Shown: piece by piece, positions 11,296 through 24,945 of the stretch | Position numbering within the stretch: position 1 is the first letter of the stretch | Layout of the letters: each line of letters opens with the position of its first letter | DNA from: Eledone cirrhosa | Taxonomy: Eukaryota | Direction: 5' to 3' | DNA length: 64,000 nucleotides | Assembly: GCA_964016885.1 (NCBI GenBank) | Contig: OZ024754.1 | Span: forward strand, 41,354,001 to 41,418,000 | Program-made: the position numbers and the translations under genes | The notes under the pieces: model-generated | What the model was told of the DNA's origin: nothing | The model's database searches: none | What the model saw: only the letters and a program-made list of their open reading frames with translations

Positions 11296-13614
11296 GAGAG
11301 GTGGATACAATTGTTTCTACTTTTGGCACAAGGCCAGCAATTACCCCATGTGACCTTCGTACATTTTTTAAAGATGGCGTTGTGTGATTTGAGAGATAGA
11401 TTTGACTATTATTTACAGCAGTGACTCCCACATTGAGTTGCTAAGGCACAGTTTATCTAGGACTACATTATTTAATGTGACCTTCCTATGTTTTTTTAAA
11501 GATGGCGTTGTGTGATTTGAGAGATAGATTTGACTATTATTTACAGCAGACTAAACAGTCACTCCCACATTGACTTGCTAAGTGGTGAGCAATAAACTAA
11601 CCACATAAACTAAGTGGTTAGTTTACAGAAGATGATGATGATGATAATAATCGAGACTGTTCAATGGCCTCTGTTATTGAAATCAATCTCCATATATTTA
11701 CAGATAACTGCAAAGTTTCTGTCATGTGACCTTGGATAGTTTTTTCCTGCTCAGATTGAAAAAAAAATTTTTTAAAAATAAAAAAAATAATAATAAAAAC
11801 AAAGAAAAAATTTTATAAAAATCCTTGTCTTAGATAAAAAAAAACAACAAAAAACAAAATACAAAACTAAAAAACTAAAAGAGAAAATAAATTCGATAAT
11901 TCATTAAATTCTAAAATACAATAGTGTGATGTGATAGAAGTAGTGTATCTCTCTGTCTGGAATGTCAGGCAGTTTATATGGTATTATGAAATTTTAATTA
12001 AGTGAAAATTTACTGATTTATCAAGGAGTTTTCTGTGAAAAAAACAACAAAAAAATATTTGTTAAAAGATTTTTGGATGATGGCAAAAATGGAAGAAAAA
12101 CAAAGAGAAAAGTGAAATAATGAAACTGCGGAAATAAGATGAAGGAATATTGAAAAGACAATGGAATTGGTTTCTGTATTGATATTCAAAGATGGAGAGG
12201 AAATAGATGAACAGATATTCTTACCTTTTGTCTTACCATTGTCAGTGAAGTTTTTTCCCCCTTTTCTGTTATTACTACTACTACTACCACCACCACCACC
12301 ACTACCACCACTACTACTGCCACCACCACTACTACTACAACCACTACCACAACTATTACTATTACAACCACCACCAACATCACTACTACCACCACCACTA
12401 TTACAACAACCACCACTACAACAACCACCACTACTACCACCACTACTACAACCACCACCACCACCACTACCACTACAACTGGTATTTATTCCTACATAAA
12501 CTGCTACAGTTTATTGTGAGGTTTTCTCAGTTAAAACCCACAAGTTGAACAAAGATGGCTGCTATCTTCTAATAATATGACCACAATGAAGACAAATTGA
12601 ATAAACCTTCATTAATATTTCTCCATTCTCTCAACTCAACATGCTGTTAACAACACTACACTTTCCTAGATTCCAGACATTAACAGGACTTTTACATTCA
12701 CTTTTATTTTCATCGTCCTTTTATTCATTTTATTCTGTTTTTTCACCCTCCATATTGAGTGTTCAATAATATATATTCTTTTGCAAGTCTCTCTATTTAC
12801 ATACAACAAAGGAATTTATTCTGTAGATAAAAAGTGAAGGAAACAAAAAATAGAAACATATATACACACACGCACACACATAAACACACACACACTCATA
12901 CACATATATATATACACATTTGCTCATACATACACACATTCAAACACACACACACACACGCACGCATACATATACATACATATATACACATGCTCATACA
13001 TACACTCACATATACAAATATACACACACATACACGCCCATACACCCACACACACACACACTCATACATACACGCACACATACATATATACACACACACA
13101 TACACCCATACACATATACACACTCACACACAAACACACACATGCACCCACACACCCAAACACACACACACACACATACACACCCACACACCCATACACC
13201 CACACACATACAAACACACACATACACATATACCCACATACACATTCACATACATACACACTCACACATACACACTCACACACACACACACACACATACA
13301 ATATTAATTGAATTCATCTATCTAATTTTCTTCAGCAACTTTGCAACCTTTTTATTGCCATCAACTCTGAGGAAGGCAGAGAAGTATGTTTAATTCTATT
13401 ATACACACAAAAACAATACTTATCAGAAATGACTAATTAATCTATCTTTACACTTGCAGCAGCTTCCAATGCTTTGAAAAACAGAAATCGGAGGCAGAGA
13501 CAACAACAGCAACAACAACAATGATAATAAAAGGAAGGGAAAAAAACAACTCATTTCGTTGAATAGAATTTTTAGCTATTTGACCTTTCTTGAAAATGAT
13601 ATATATATATATAT

Positions 13615-13665
<51 letters not shown>

Positions 13666-13689
13666 GAGAGCGAGACTGATAGATAGATA

Positions 13690-14383
13690 TGTATCTTTAT
13701 TAGCCACAGGGGCACAAAAGAAGGGGACAAATACAAAGGGGGAAGTTTACATACAATAAAAACGTGTAAAATGTTATCACAAATGCAATTAAAAAATTAG
13801 TCGATTTTCCCCAATAGGGGGAGACATTACATATGGGTAACACATACCCCCGAAAAAATGTGCAACCCCCATCTCCAGGAGTATGAAGAGTTTGTACCCC
13901 TTTCCTCTCCTCCTCTTTTTCCTCAACCTACAGGTTGATATAGAGAGAAGGCCCATTCACTCGGGCCATTCTCGCCACTTTCACCCACCTTTCATAAAAC
14001 TTGCTGGGGTGCAGCACCTCTCTCTTCATCCTGGGGTGCAGCACCTCTCTCTTCATCCTGGGGTACAGCACCTCTCTCTTCATCCTGGGGTACAGCACCT
14101 CTCTCTCCATCCTGGGGTACAGCACCTCTCTCTCCATCTTGATTCTTCTTCCAAAGTGGTATTTGAAAAAAAGAATCAGTTGTTGGCCGGAGAGAAAGGT
14201 GTCTGACCTCAGCCCTTTCAACCTCGTCCACCATACAACCTCTTTCGCCATAGCTATCACACAAAGGAAAACCGCCTCTCCTTCGGTTTTGAAGGAGGGT
14301 GGCGGTTTGATCATGACAATGGACTCGGTGGTCAACCGGATTGGTCCCACCCGCGACAATAGTCGTTCTACATAGCCCCACAG
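13690..14383 (-). mobile_element. Tx1/L1-clade LINE 3' fragment (ORF2 C-terminus plus 3'UTR)
   Basis: ORF 13928-14449 gives LWGYVERLL...AKEVVWWTR...FKYHFGRRIKMEREVL..KFYERW, typical of the Tx1 ORF2 end; the 3'UTR ends in GTGGCTAATAAAG next to (GATA)n. Confidence 0.75.
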
Positions 14384-14431
14384 GAGACAGGTAGATGGAT
14401 AGATGGATAGATAGACAGGTAGATGGATAGA

Positions 14432-14560
14432 TTTCTTTATTTGCCACAAGGGAGCACAAGAAAAGGGGACAATACAAAGACATATGGCAGGGATTTTACA
14501 TACAGTCGTGTAAAAAATTTTAACTTACAAATTCAACAATCGAAATCCCCAATAGGGGGG
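14432..14560 (-). mobile_element. Tx1-like 3'UTR stub
   Basis: tttctttatttgccacaaggg...ggggacaatacaaag...ccccaataggggg is homologous to 13690-13825; further stubs at 25285-25503 and 25727-25812. Confidence 0.6.
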
Positions 14561-15507
14561 GGGGGTGTTAGACAGGGGTGTGTGTGTTAGACAGGGGGAG
14601 GAGGTGTGTTAGACAGGGGGAGGAGGTGTGTTAGACAGGGGGAGGAGGTGTGTTAGACAGGGGTTATAAAGAGTGTTTTTATATTGGGAGAATTAGATGT
14701 TGAAAGTTTTATTACCACTACCACTAATACCACCACTATCACAAATACCCCCACCACTAACACCACTACCACCAACACCCCCACCACTAACACCAACACC
14801 CCCACCACTACCACCCCCACCAACACCCCCACCACTACCACCACTACCACCTCCACCACCACCACCACTACCACCACTACCACCACTACCACCACCACCA
14901 ACACCACTACCACCAACACCACTACTACTACTATAGCAAGAAATGTAGTGGTCTGCTGCTGTTGTTATTTATCTAACTACTTATAGTTATACAAGTCATG
15001 TTTTCTTTTAAAATTATTTTTTCATGTGTGACTCTTTATAAAAATACTCTCTAACACATTAACTTCAACACCTTTAAATACTTCATTTGAACCCCTGCCA
15101 GTGATTATGTAGTATAGGAACTGTCTGGAAACCTGGGCTATTGTCATTCTAATGAAACACACACAGTATAGGAAACCTCACATCAATACACATACACACA
15201 CACACAGTATAGGAAACCTCACATCAATACACACACACAATAGACAATGACCTTTTATAAATTGTGATAAAATCAGAAATAATTCACACTCTTTTATACA
15301 ACTACCAACAGTTTTATCAGATGATTTTCCAATAATAATTGAACACCAATCACAAGTTAAGCTATTTGTTGATCCCTTACATTAGAAATCCCATTTTTTA
15401 ATCATTAAATCCATTTCGACTGTGGAATGTTTTATTATTAACTTTGCTTGGATAAAACCAGATTTATAAGATGAGTATAGAGCAGATGTATTTCCTCAAT
15501 AATGTGT

Positions 15508-15547
<40 letters not shown>

Positions 15548-16254
15548 ATGTGTGTGTGTGGATGTATGAATGTGTGTCAGTGTATGTGTATGGATGTATG
15601 TGTCTGTGTGTGTATGTGTGTGTGTGTATGTATGTGTAAGGATGGGTGTGTATGTATGTATGGATGTGTCTGCGTGTGTGTATGGATGTGTGTGTGTAAT
15701 GGATGTGTGTGCGTACTTGTCTGTGTGTGTGTATGGATGTGTGTGTATATGGATGTGTGTGTGTGCATGCGTACTTCTGTCTGTGTGTGTGTATGGATGT
15801 GTGTGTGTGTTCATACCTCTGTGTGTATATATGTAGATGTGTCCCCTTGTATTTATTAGCTCAGAAGCAGTTAATTCTAATAAAAGAAGAAGTGGGAGAG
15901 AAACATTTAAAAATATTTTCTGCTTTTCAATAGCCAGATATAGCATAAGATAATAGTTATTTAATAACAAGTGTTATATGATGTGAATGGGATGTGAAGG
16001 AAATCAATAAACACAAACTATATTGATCTATGATTGGTAATTCACCAATTACTGTACAACTTAGGACAAACTTGAGTCTAAAATGACTTTTTCAACAAGC
16101 TAAGAGTAGACAGACTTCTACCTCCATATTAGCTGTGTTCATTCACTAATCGTGTGAGAAACACATCAACGGTATGTATTGTAGTGTATTTTAGTATATT
16201 AGTATATTGTGGCTTTAACAAAAGAAAAGAACTGAATCAAGTCATTAGTTCAAA

Positions 16255-16700
16255 GAATTTGCATCACCAGTCTGGAAGCCTTATCTTGCTCAGAACATTG
16301 ATCTCCTGGAAACTGTTCAGAGACGTGCAGCGAAATGAATACCTTCCATCAGGCATCTACCATACTCTGAACGCCTTGCTTCCTTGGCCATGGAGACATT
16401 CAAGGGCCTTGTTTCAGTTCCCGGGGGTACCAGGGGACAAGAGTTGCTGAAGCATGGAACAAACTACCTGCATCAGTTGTTAGCTGCTGAGACACTGCAT
16501 CCTTTAAAACTTCCATGCTTCCCGAAATTTGCCAACTTTACACCTGATATTCCCCTCCATACACACATGCATCTCTGTGTGTATCATGACTCATATACTG
16601 TTCGATTTCCTGACATTCGTACATTATTCTATGTACTATATATGCACCTTTGATGAGTTGTAGTGCACCTGAGCACTGTACACAATAATTTTTATTATTA
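16255..16700 (+). mobile_element. CR1-type LINE 3' fragment, internally deleted, with stops
   Basis: Translates EFASPVWKPYLAQNIDLLETVQRRAAK*IPSIRHLPYSERLASL, then RVAEAWNKLPASVVSC*DTASFK (canonical CR1 post-RT motifs); ends in a short (TTA)n tail. Confidence 0.85.
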
Positions 16701-17786
16701 GTTCTAAGACTAATCTACTCTTTACTAATACAATATTTCAATACTAAAACTAGATTATGTTTATACATGTCTGTCTGTCTGTCTGTCTCTGTCTCTGTCC
16801 ACTACAGTAAAAGGTAATTAATATTGCAGCTTATTAGCTGTGACTACTTCAGCTAATTAGCATGTGATATCTGTTCTAAGATACAACAAAAGGAAACTAA
16901 TAAGCTGACATTGAAGTGGCTGCAGTTCTCTCCTCCAGGTCAACAGCTTGTCCACTTGAGGAGATTTAACAAAACTTTTATACTGGGCTTCACACTCACA
17001 CACACACTCACACAAATACATTACATACACACATAGATACATACATACATACATACATACACACACACATATATATATACACACACACACATACATACAT
17101 ACACATACATACATACACACACATACATAACATACATTACATACACACACACACACACATTCACATATATTACACACATACACACGCATACATGCACAGA
17201 CACATAGACACACACATACATTCATACACACACACATACACACATACATACATACACATACAACCTTACAGAGTTTCATCCGAGGAGAATCAGTGAGTGA
17301 CTGATAAGATAATTTAACATATCTCCACAAGTTTGAAAGCCGTGAAAAGATGTGGAAAGACTTTGAACAGATGAAATAAAGTTTCTTCCAATGAGAAGAA
17401 ATGTCAAGTTATAAAACTACCAGAGTGAGAAGCTTGGATGTAAGTTTATATTAGACATGTTACTTTGATCAAAGACATCGAAACACAAGTGGTTTGCTTA
17501 CAAGAAATCTTATTGAAGATACAACAAAATCTATATTATAACAAATGTATTGGGCTTTTTTTTTGTCCGTCTCTCACTATCTCACAAAATCGTTCCAAAA
17601 TTTTTACTTAGAATTCTTGAAATACAATTAAAAACAAACAAAAAAAAAAAGAAGTGGAGAGGAATATTCTAAAATAGCTTATTTCATATCATCTATCATC
17701 CACGCTAGCATGGGTTTAGACGGGAATTGTCCCACTCGTATAGGACTGCCTGGCAGGTTTTCTACGGCTGGATGCTCTTCCTAAAA

Positions 17787-17829
<43 letters not shown>

Positions 17830-17979
17830 GCATGAGTATATATGTATGTGTATATGTATGTATATATAAATGTAATCTGAGTTTTTCGAATATTGATAAT
17901 AATATTCTATTTGTTTGCAATTATGCAAACAAGCCTCTTTTAAGCCATGTAGAATGAGCCCCTCATTCTTGCTCTTGTG

Positions 17980-18060
17980 TTGGCATGTAAACAGAACAGC
18001 AGACACTAATGTTTCTGGGTGATTACCCTTCATCAGTGCAGTTCACTGTTCACCTGCCAA
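17980..18060 (-). ncRNA. Type I hammerhead ribozyme motif with extended stem I
   Basis: Minus strand reads TTGGCAGGTGAACAGTGAACTGCA-CTGATGA-AGGGTAATCACCCA-GAA-ACA TTAG TGT-C-TGCTGTTCTGTTTACATGCCAA; GUC triplet; ~20-bp imperfect stem I. Confidence 0.8.
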
Positions 18061-18334
18061 CTGTCAGAGCTAGTGAAAATATATATTTTCTAAAATGTAC
18101 AGTGACTGATCTGTGTATATATATATATATACATATACACATATGTTCTGTCCTACACCATCTTGATGGTGTAGGACAGAACAAAGGAGAGACACAAAAT
18201 AAAAACCCAGTCACTGAGGAGGTTACAGAATGTGTGACAAAAGAGCTTTGACAATATATAAACAACAACCTGGTTATCGAACCAACCAACCAGCTAACTG
18301 GAAATTTATCATAAATTGGAGTGAAAACCAACAG

Positions 18335-18365
<31 letters not shown>

Positions 18366-18777
18366 TATTGGCAGTATGACCCTCCCACCGTATATATATA
18401 TATATATATGTACCTCACTACAGCCATATCTGACCACTATATATAGTGCTGGACTTTACTGTCTAAAACCTAGTTTTAAAACAGTCAGTCTTTTCACCTC
18501 ACTACCATCTTTGCCCACTATATATAATGCTGGGCTTTACTGTCTAAAACCTAGTTTTAAAACAGTCAGTTTTTTTCACCTCACTACAATCTCTGGCCAC
18601 TAAATCCACGTGTTAATGGACATTATTTTAATACATATTAACTATGAAATAACAAAAATAGTAAATAGACAAATAAAAACAAAACCTAATTTTTGTTTTC
18701 TCGATATGTCATTAGATAGAAGTGTAACAAGTAACAATTGAAACAGATTCCTGTGAAGAAGGAACAATAAAAACATA

Positions 18778-19213
18778 CATCATCATAGCCTAGCTTTCGT
18801 TATCAATCATCATCATTGTCTTAATCATCATCATAGCCTAGCTTTCGTTATCAATCATCATCATTGTCTTAATCATCATCATAGCCTAGCTTTCGTTATC
18901 AATCATCATCATTGCCTTAATCATCATCGTAGCCTAGCTTTCGTTGTCAATCATCATCATTGCCTTAATCATCATCATAGCCTAGCTTTCGTTATCAATC
19001 ATCATCATTGTCTTAATCATCATCATAGCCTAGCTTTCGTTATCAATCATCATCATTGTCTTAATCATCATCATAGCCTAGCTTTCGTTATCAATCATCA
19101 TCATTGTCTTAATCATCATCATAGCCTAGCTTTCGTTATCAATCATCATCATTGTCTTAATCATCATCATAGCCTAGCTTTCGTTATCAATCATCATCAT
19201 TGCCTTAATCATC
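18778..19213. repeat. 48-bp minisatellite, ~9 copies
   Basis: catcatagcctagctttcgttatcaatcatcatcattgtcttaatcat; 18781 to 19021 = 5x48. Confidence 0.95.
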
Positions 19214-20137
19214 TCCCTCATTAGATGATTACTCTAATGAGATATTTCAGAAGTAGGATGGACTTTTTCTACACTAATCAATAATAGGTTTTTCAGTATT
19301 GCGTACACTGAACATGGAATTGTTGTTTGTGAATGAAAGAGACAATCATTCGGTCATTAGCATTATCATCATCATCATCATTAGCTTCATCATTATCACC
19401 CACACTACCACTATCATCACCACCACCATCATCATCACTACAACCATCATCATCATCATCAGCAGCAGCACCACTTCCACCATCATCATTACCACAACCA
19501 CCATCAGCACTGCCACCACCACCACCACCATTGCTACCACCACAACCAACATCATCATCATCATCACCACCACCCCCACTACCACGCCCACCACCACCCC
19601 CACCACCAGCAGCACTGCCACCACCACCTCCACCATCATCAGCACCACCACCACCACCACTACCACCACCACCATCATCATTAGTAGTATTTTAAGGGTG
19701 ACTAAGTTTAGTTTAGTATTCCTATACAATCACCTCAGTACAACAGAATAGCAGTTATCTAGTTGTTCGGTGATTTTTATATAAATATTTCCTTATTAAA
19801 AGAAATAGAATTATATAGTATTTCAAAAAAATACCATTCCTAGGGCTGTAGACAGCAAAGGACACATTGCTTTCAATAGCAAGATAAATTTCTTAATAAG
19901 TAATAAAAATAGGAAGTGTTATTTCTGAGAGCAGGCGCAAGTAAAAACTTTAAAACACGACACCAAAGTTGAGTCATTATACTAATAACTATATGAAAAT
20001 AAAACACAAGAACTTTGTCTAGGAAGTTGCAAGAAAGACTGAAAGATATTTACATAGATTTTTTTCCCCTTCCAAACACTTTAAAATAAACAGATTTGTA
20101 ATATATAACCAGGAGTGTTTGGAACATAACTATAATA

Positions 20138-20328
20138 ATTGTTTCTACTTTAGGCACAAGGCCAGTAATTACCCAGTGCATTACTGGTACTTTATTTTAT
20201 CGACCCCGTAAGGATGAAAGGCAAAGTCAACCTCGGCGGGATTTGAACTCAGATCGTCGTAAAGGGACGTAACTATGCTGGAAAGCATGGCGTCCGACCC
20301 TCTACCGATACTGCCAATCCACCGCCCT
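20138..20328 (-). mobile_element. tRNA-derived SINE family A (octopus OK-like, Meta-like core), full length
   Basis: A-box TGGCAGTATCGG, B-box GAGTTCAAATCC, body GACTTTGCCTTTCATCCTTACGGGGTCGATAAAATAAAGTACCAG, tail GTAGAAACAATTATT; more than 15 copies or fragments in the window (e.g. 25527, 36581, 38085, 40552, 44053, 48108, 49600, 51600, 63316). Confidence 0.85.
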
Positions 20329-20875
20329 ATACCTAACTTAACAAAGGTTCTTACATAAAATTATGTTGGAAGGTTCTTAGATAAATATAAATACTTTAAA
20401 ATAAAGCTTTTGTATCATATAACCAGGAAGTTTGGGAAATAACTTAACAAAGGTTCTTACATAAAATTATGTTGGAAGGTTCTTAGATAAATATAAATAC
20501 TTTAAAATAAAAGAGACCCCCCCCTTCAATTTTAACGACCTATGTAAAAGAAGTTGATAGAATGAGGGGGGGGGGTATTTTAGATCAGACAAAATACAGT
20601 GTAGTGGTGGTAGTAGTGGTGGTGAGTGGCATTGGTAGTGTTGTTGTTGTTGGTCGTGGTGATGGTAGTAGTAGTGGTGGTAGTGGTGGTGGTAGTGTTG
20701 GTGGTGGTGGTAGTGTTGGTGGTGGTGGTAGTGTTGGTGTTGGTGGTAGTGGTGGTGGTGGTGTTGGTGGTAGTGTTGGTGGTAGTGGTGGTGATAGTGT
20801 TGGTGGTAGTGGTAGTGTTAGTGGTGGTGGTAGTGTTGGTGGTGGTGGTAGTGTTGGTGGTAGTGTTGTTGTTGT

Positions 20876-21005
20876 TGGATGCCCTTCCTAACACTATCAT
20901 CATCATCATCATTTAACGTCCATCTTCCATGCCAGTATGGGTTGGACGAGTTTGTCCCACTTGTGGTAAGATTGGTCGGGCAACCGTGTCTAACTCGTAC
21001 AGAAC
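20876..21005 (-). mobile_element. RTE-mobilised non-autonomous element/SINE tail
   Basis: (CAT)n-tttaacgtccatcttccatgccagtatggg; related pieces at 17693, 23490, 29463, 32805, 39369, 49455, 51324 and 62190. Confidence 0.7.
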
Positions 21006-21008
21006 TAT

Positions 21009-21040
<32 letters not shown>

Positions 21041-21474
21041 CATATATGTGTGTGTGCAAAAAGTAAACAGAAATAACAAAGTACACAACACAGTACAATG
21101 AAGAAATAAATTAGTTTAATGCTTGATATGATAGGAAAAGAGTTTCAGACACTAGTCCTTCATCAGAAGATAGAATGAGAAATAAAGGATGAAATAGAAA
21201 GATATTGTGAAGAGGAAGAAATGGAAAACTTTTTTTTTTAGAAAAAAATCTGTGTATTCAGTCGGCCATTTTAGAGAATATATACAGTCATAACTGTGTT
21301 TCATCAGAATAACATGGTCGGCTGGAAGAAAAAAGGGTTTATTTACAGTATTAACAATTGTTAATATATATACATATCATCATCATCATCATCATTTTAC
21401 GTCCGCTTTTCCCTGCTTGCAAGGGTGGGATACATATATACATATATATACATATGGTATATACATATATATAT

Positions 21475-21672
21475 ATAACGAAGGAAATGTGATAAGGAAC
21501 CAGATGGACCATAACGCACCAAAGTACTCAATACTTAGGGTAGTAGAGTGGGTAATAGGAACGAGTAGGACCCCGATGGCTGAGCTCAAGCCGTTTCGAC
21601 GGCTAATTCTTGACTCAGTCCAGAATTAGCCGTCGAAACGGCTTGAGCTCAGCCGTCGGGGTCCTACTCGTT

Positions 21673-21677
<5 letters not shown>
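21475..21677. mobile_element. Fold-back Penelope-like remnant, family 2, with a 123-bp near-perfect palindrome (21555-21677)
   Basis: 61-bp arms, 1-nt centre, 2 mismatches; each arm carries a hammerhead 3' half GAA-ACGGCT-TGAGCTC-AGCCRT-C; flanked by (TA)n. Confidence 0.7.
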
Positions 21678-21722
<45 letters not shown>

Positions 21723-22709
21723 CACATATATATATATATATGTATGTATAGATATATATATGAAAGTGGGCATAATCTGATGATGATATATGCACACACA
21801 CACATATATATATATATATATACATATGCTCATGTGTTTTTTTTGTATATATATCTGCACACATTCACCTGTACCTAAACAAATTCATCTTACTACAGTT
21901 AAGTATGTAATGTATAATAATGTATATGCTGCATTATTGTTTTTTTAGGGTGCATGTTCACATGCATGCATGTGAATAGGTGCAAGTTGAGTGTGCATGA
22001 AAAAGTGCATCTACATGCACAAGTCTGTTCGTGTGTGTGTGTATACATTACATTAAGCTAAGTAGTTTTGCAGGAGAGTTCTAAGTTTAAGGAAACATCA
22101 GTGGTAACTGTACAGTGAAATTCTTCCTCATTGCATTACAGGAAACATGTTGCTGTTTAGTTTAGTAAATCACTTGAAATTGCTTGGTTAAAGCAATACT
22201 AACAATACAAAGTTTGGGCTTTTAGGCAGCGCAGAAGTTTAAGAACGCCCCCCCCCCTCCTCCTTCTCCCAAACCAAGACAAATATACAATAAGACTGAT
22301 TGCTGTTGAAGAGGAGGAGGGTATCTTTCTTTCTCTTCCTCCTACACTATCTTATCCTCCGCCATCTGTTTTCATTAATTATAACCAAAGTAGAGGAATG
22401 TTCTCAACTGTACTAGAAATGCTTTCTAACCAAAACAGACAGCTAGCTAAGCTTTCTTTCTTTCTGCTATTTTTATTTTGCTCTTCCTTCATCCATAAAG
22501 AGAAAGCTGTTGAAAGTGTATTTCCTATTGCACAGTTGCTGTGATAATGGCTTCCCCAACATTCATGACACTTCAAAGTTAAATCTAAACTTGAACACTT
22601 CATAGTTTTCCAAAGACATTGTGAGAGTAAATGAAAATATTTCCAACTAGAAACTGAACCTAGATTGGAGAACTTGAGTCACTGAATTTACTCACCAGAT
22701 AACAGAGTT

Positions 22710-22831
22710 TTAACCCTTTACCATTTAAACTGGCCACATCTGGCCAGAACTCTCTCACCTCTTTCTGTTCAAATCAGCTGTAACTGACTGCTCATACTTA
22801 TGTTAAGGCATTGTTCTCAAAATAATAAATT
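22710..22831 (-). mobile_element. Partial piggyBac-like MITE
   Basis: TTAA-CCCTTTACCATTTAAAC..., reverse complement of the right half of 39111-39336. Confidence 0.7.
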
Positions 22832-22832
22832 T

Positions 22833-22997
22833 GTCGATCGACTTTCGTCAAATTGGACCGAGGCAACAATGTTTCCGTTGGTCTTTCCAATTACTAATAC
22901 TATCTAGTGGTCGCAACTCCAGGTAGGAGCAACGTGTCTTGCTCAAGGACATAACACATCGCCCGGTCCAGGAATGGAACTGACAACCTCACGGTTG
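22833..22997 (-). mobile_element. CORE-SINE with a third tail type (fuller copy at 45062-45270)
   Basis: gtgtcttgctcaaggacataacacatcg CORE segment plus a tail (gactttcgtcaaattggaccgagg) shared with 45062. Confidence 0.7.
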
Positions 22998-23085
22998 AAT
23001 AAATAACATCAAAATCTCATAGATTCAATATTATGAGAGATAATTATGCGAAATAAAGTGTTTACTGTGAAAATACAATAGTATA

Positions 23086-23378
23086 TATAGGGATAAACTG
23101 TGGTGTGCAGGAGAGAAGACTGCGTTGGTATGGACATGTGATGCACATGGAGGATGTCTGCTGCGTAAAGAAGTGCCAAGAAATCCCAGTAGAAGGAAGA
23201 TGCAGTAGTGGAAGACCACAAAAACATGGGCGCAGGTGATGAGCGCAGAACTCAGATCGCTGAAGCTCACGGAGGAGATGACGAAGGACCGTGACAAGTG
23301 GAGAGATGCTGTGCTGAATAGGACCCGTACCACCCTTGTAAGCAGGGAAAAGCGGACATAAAATGATGATGATGATGA
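23086..23378 (+). mobile_element. RTE LINE 3' fragment
   Basis: Homologous to the 3' end of the 26362-27885 element (ERRLRWYGHVM..., ...GCAGGGAAAAGCGGAC-(GAT)n). Confidence 0.9.
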
Positions 23379-24212
23379 GAGCAATGTAAATATATGAGAG
23401 CAATGTAAATATATGATATGGTCAAGGCTGAAAAGCGTTTGATCCACAGGTCTTCTTGATCAGAGCTCACCTGATACTACCAATCTACTCATCATCATCA
23501 TCGTTTAATGTCTATCTTCCACGCTAGCAAGGGTTAGACGGGAATTGTCCCTCTTGAGGCAAGATTGGTCGGGTGACCGTGTCTCACTCATATAGGACTA
23601 TCTGGCAGGTTTTCTATGGCTGGATGCCCTTCCTAACACCAACCACATTTACAGTGTGGACTGGGAGCCTTTTTACCGTGTTACCTACACAACCACATTA
23701 CAGTGTAGACTGTGTGTTTTTTTGTCGTGACACCTACACGACCTCATTTATTTAGGACTGGATGTTGCAGTACTAACAGAATTTTACAGAGAAAGGGGTG
23801 GTGTTGGTGGGAGTGGGAGGATGGAGTAGGGGTAGTGGGTTGGGGTGTATATTTGGTTAAGAGGTGCCTACTGACTATATATCCAATATATTTTTGGTCA
23901 TCATTGCGCCAATTCAGCTTTTCCACCCCCCCTTATAACAATAATTTCTTGTCTAGGAATAACATTTTGAAATTATAAGTGAAGAGAAGGTAAAGATGTC
24001 ATACAGACTCCATTACATATAAAGAATATCAAGCTGTGAGGTGGTGAAACAGTTTTTATACTTATTTATTGAAGTATCTCTATTGAACCTGCTCAGACTC
24101 AGCGAATTATACACACATATATATACACATACATATATATATACACATACATATATATACACACATACATATATATACACACATACATATATATACACAC
24201 ATACATATATAT

Positions 24213-24255
<43 letters not shown>

Positions 24256-24544
24256 CACACACACACATATATATATATATATGCATATGTATATATATAT
24301 ATATAGTTCAAGGAAATGACAAAACAGAGATACAAAAAGTTTTAGTTGCACGCTTTATATGGAAAAGGGGAAAGAAAGTTTGATGTGTCTGGCTTTAAAG
24401 GATAGATATAGAAAATAAAAGGTAGTCCATGTACATATATATATATTGAAATTGAAGAAACCAAGGTTTTTAAATCAAATTCACTTTTAATCTCTACAAT
24501 TGTTTCTATAGAGATAAGTGATGTGTGTATATATGTAAACAGCT

Positions 24545-24945
24545 ATAGAGATGGTATGGACATACGATGCGCATGGAAGAGGACTGCTGGGTGAAGAAGT
24601 GCCAGGAAATCGACCCCTATAAGGATGAAAGGCAGAGCTAACCTCGGTGGGATTTGATCTCAGAACGCAAAGGGACATAACTCTAAGCATGATGTCCGAC
24701 GCTCTACTGATTCTGCCAGTCCACCACCCTCAAATAAGTAATAAATAATTGTTTCTACTTTTGGCACAAGGAGAGCAACTATCCCAGTGTATTACTGGTA
24801 CTTTATTTTATCGACCCTGTAAGGCTGAAAGTCAAAGTTAACCTCGGTGGGATTTGAACTGAGAATGCAAAGGGACATAACTCTAAACATGATGTCTGAT
24901 GCTCTACCGATTCTGCCAACCCACCACCCTTAAATAAGTAATAAA
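24545..24945. mobile_element. RTE fragment (+) fused to two tandem family-A SINEs (-)
   Basis: 24548-24611 matches the RTE RWYGH..WVKKCQE region; tandem SINE copies at 24610-24731 and 24748-24931. Confidence 0.75.

Noticed and set aside
21296-21310. Isolated CTGATGA matches (also 33620, 39613, 41181, 47422)
   Set aside because: No correctly spaced GAAA, UH and stem I pairing, so not called as hammerheads.
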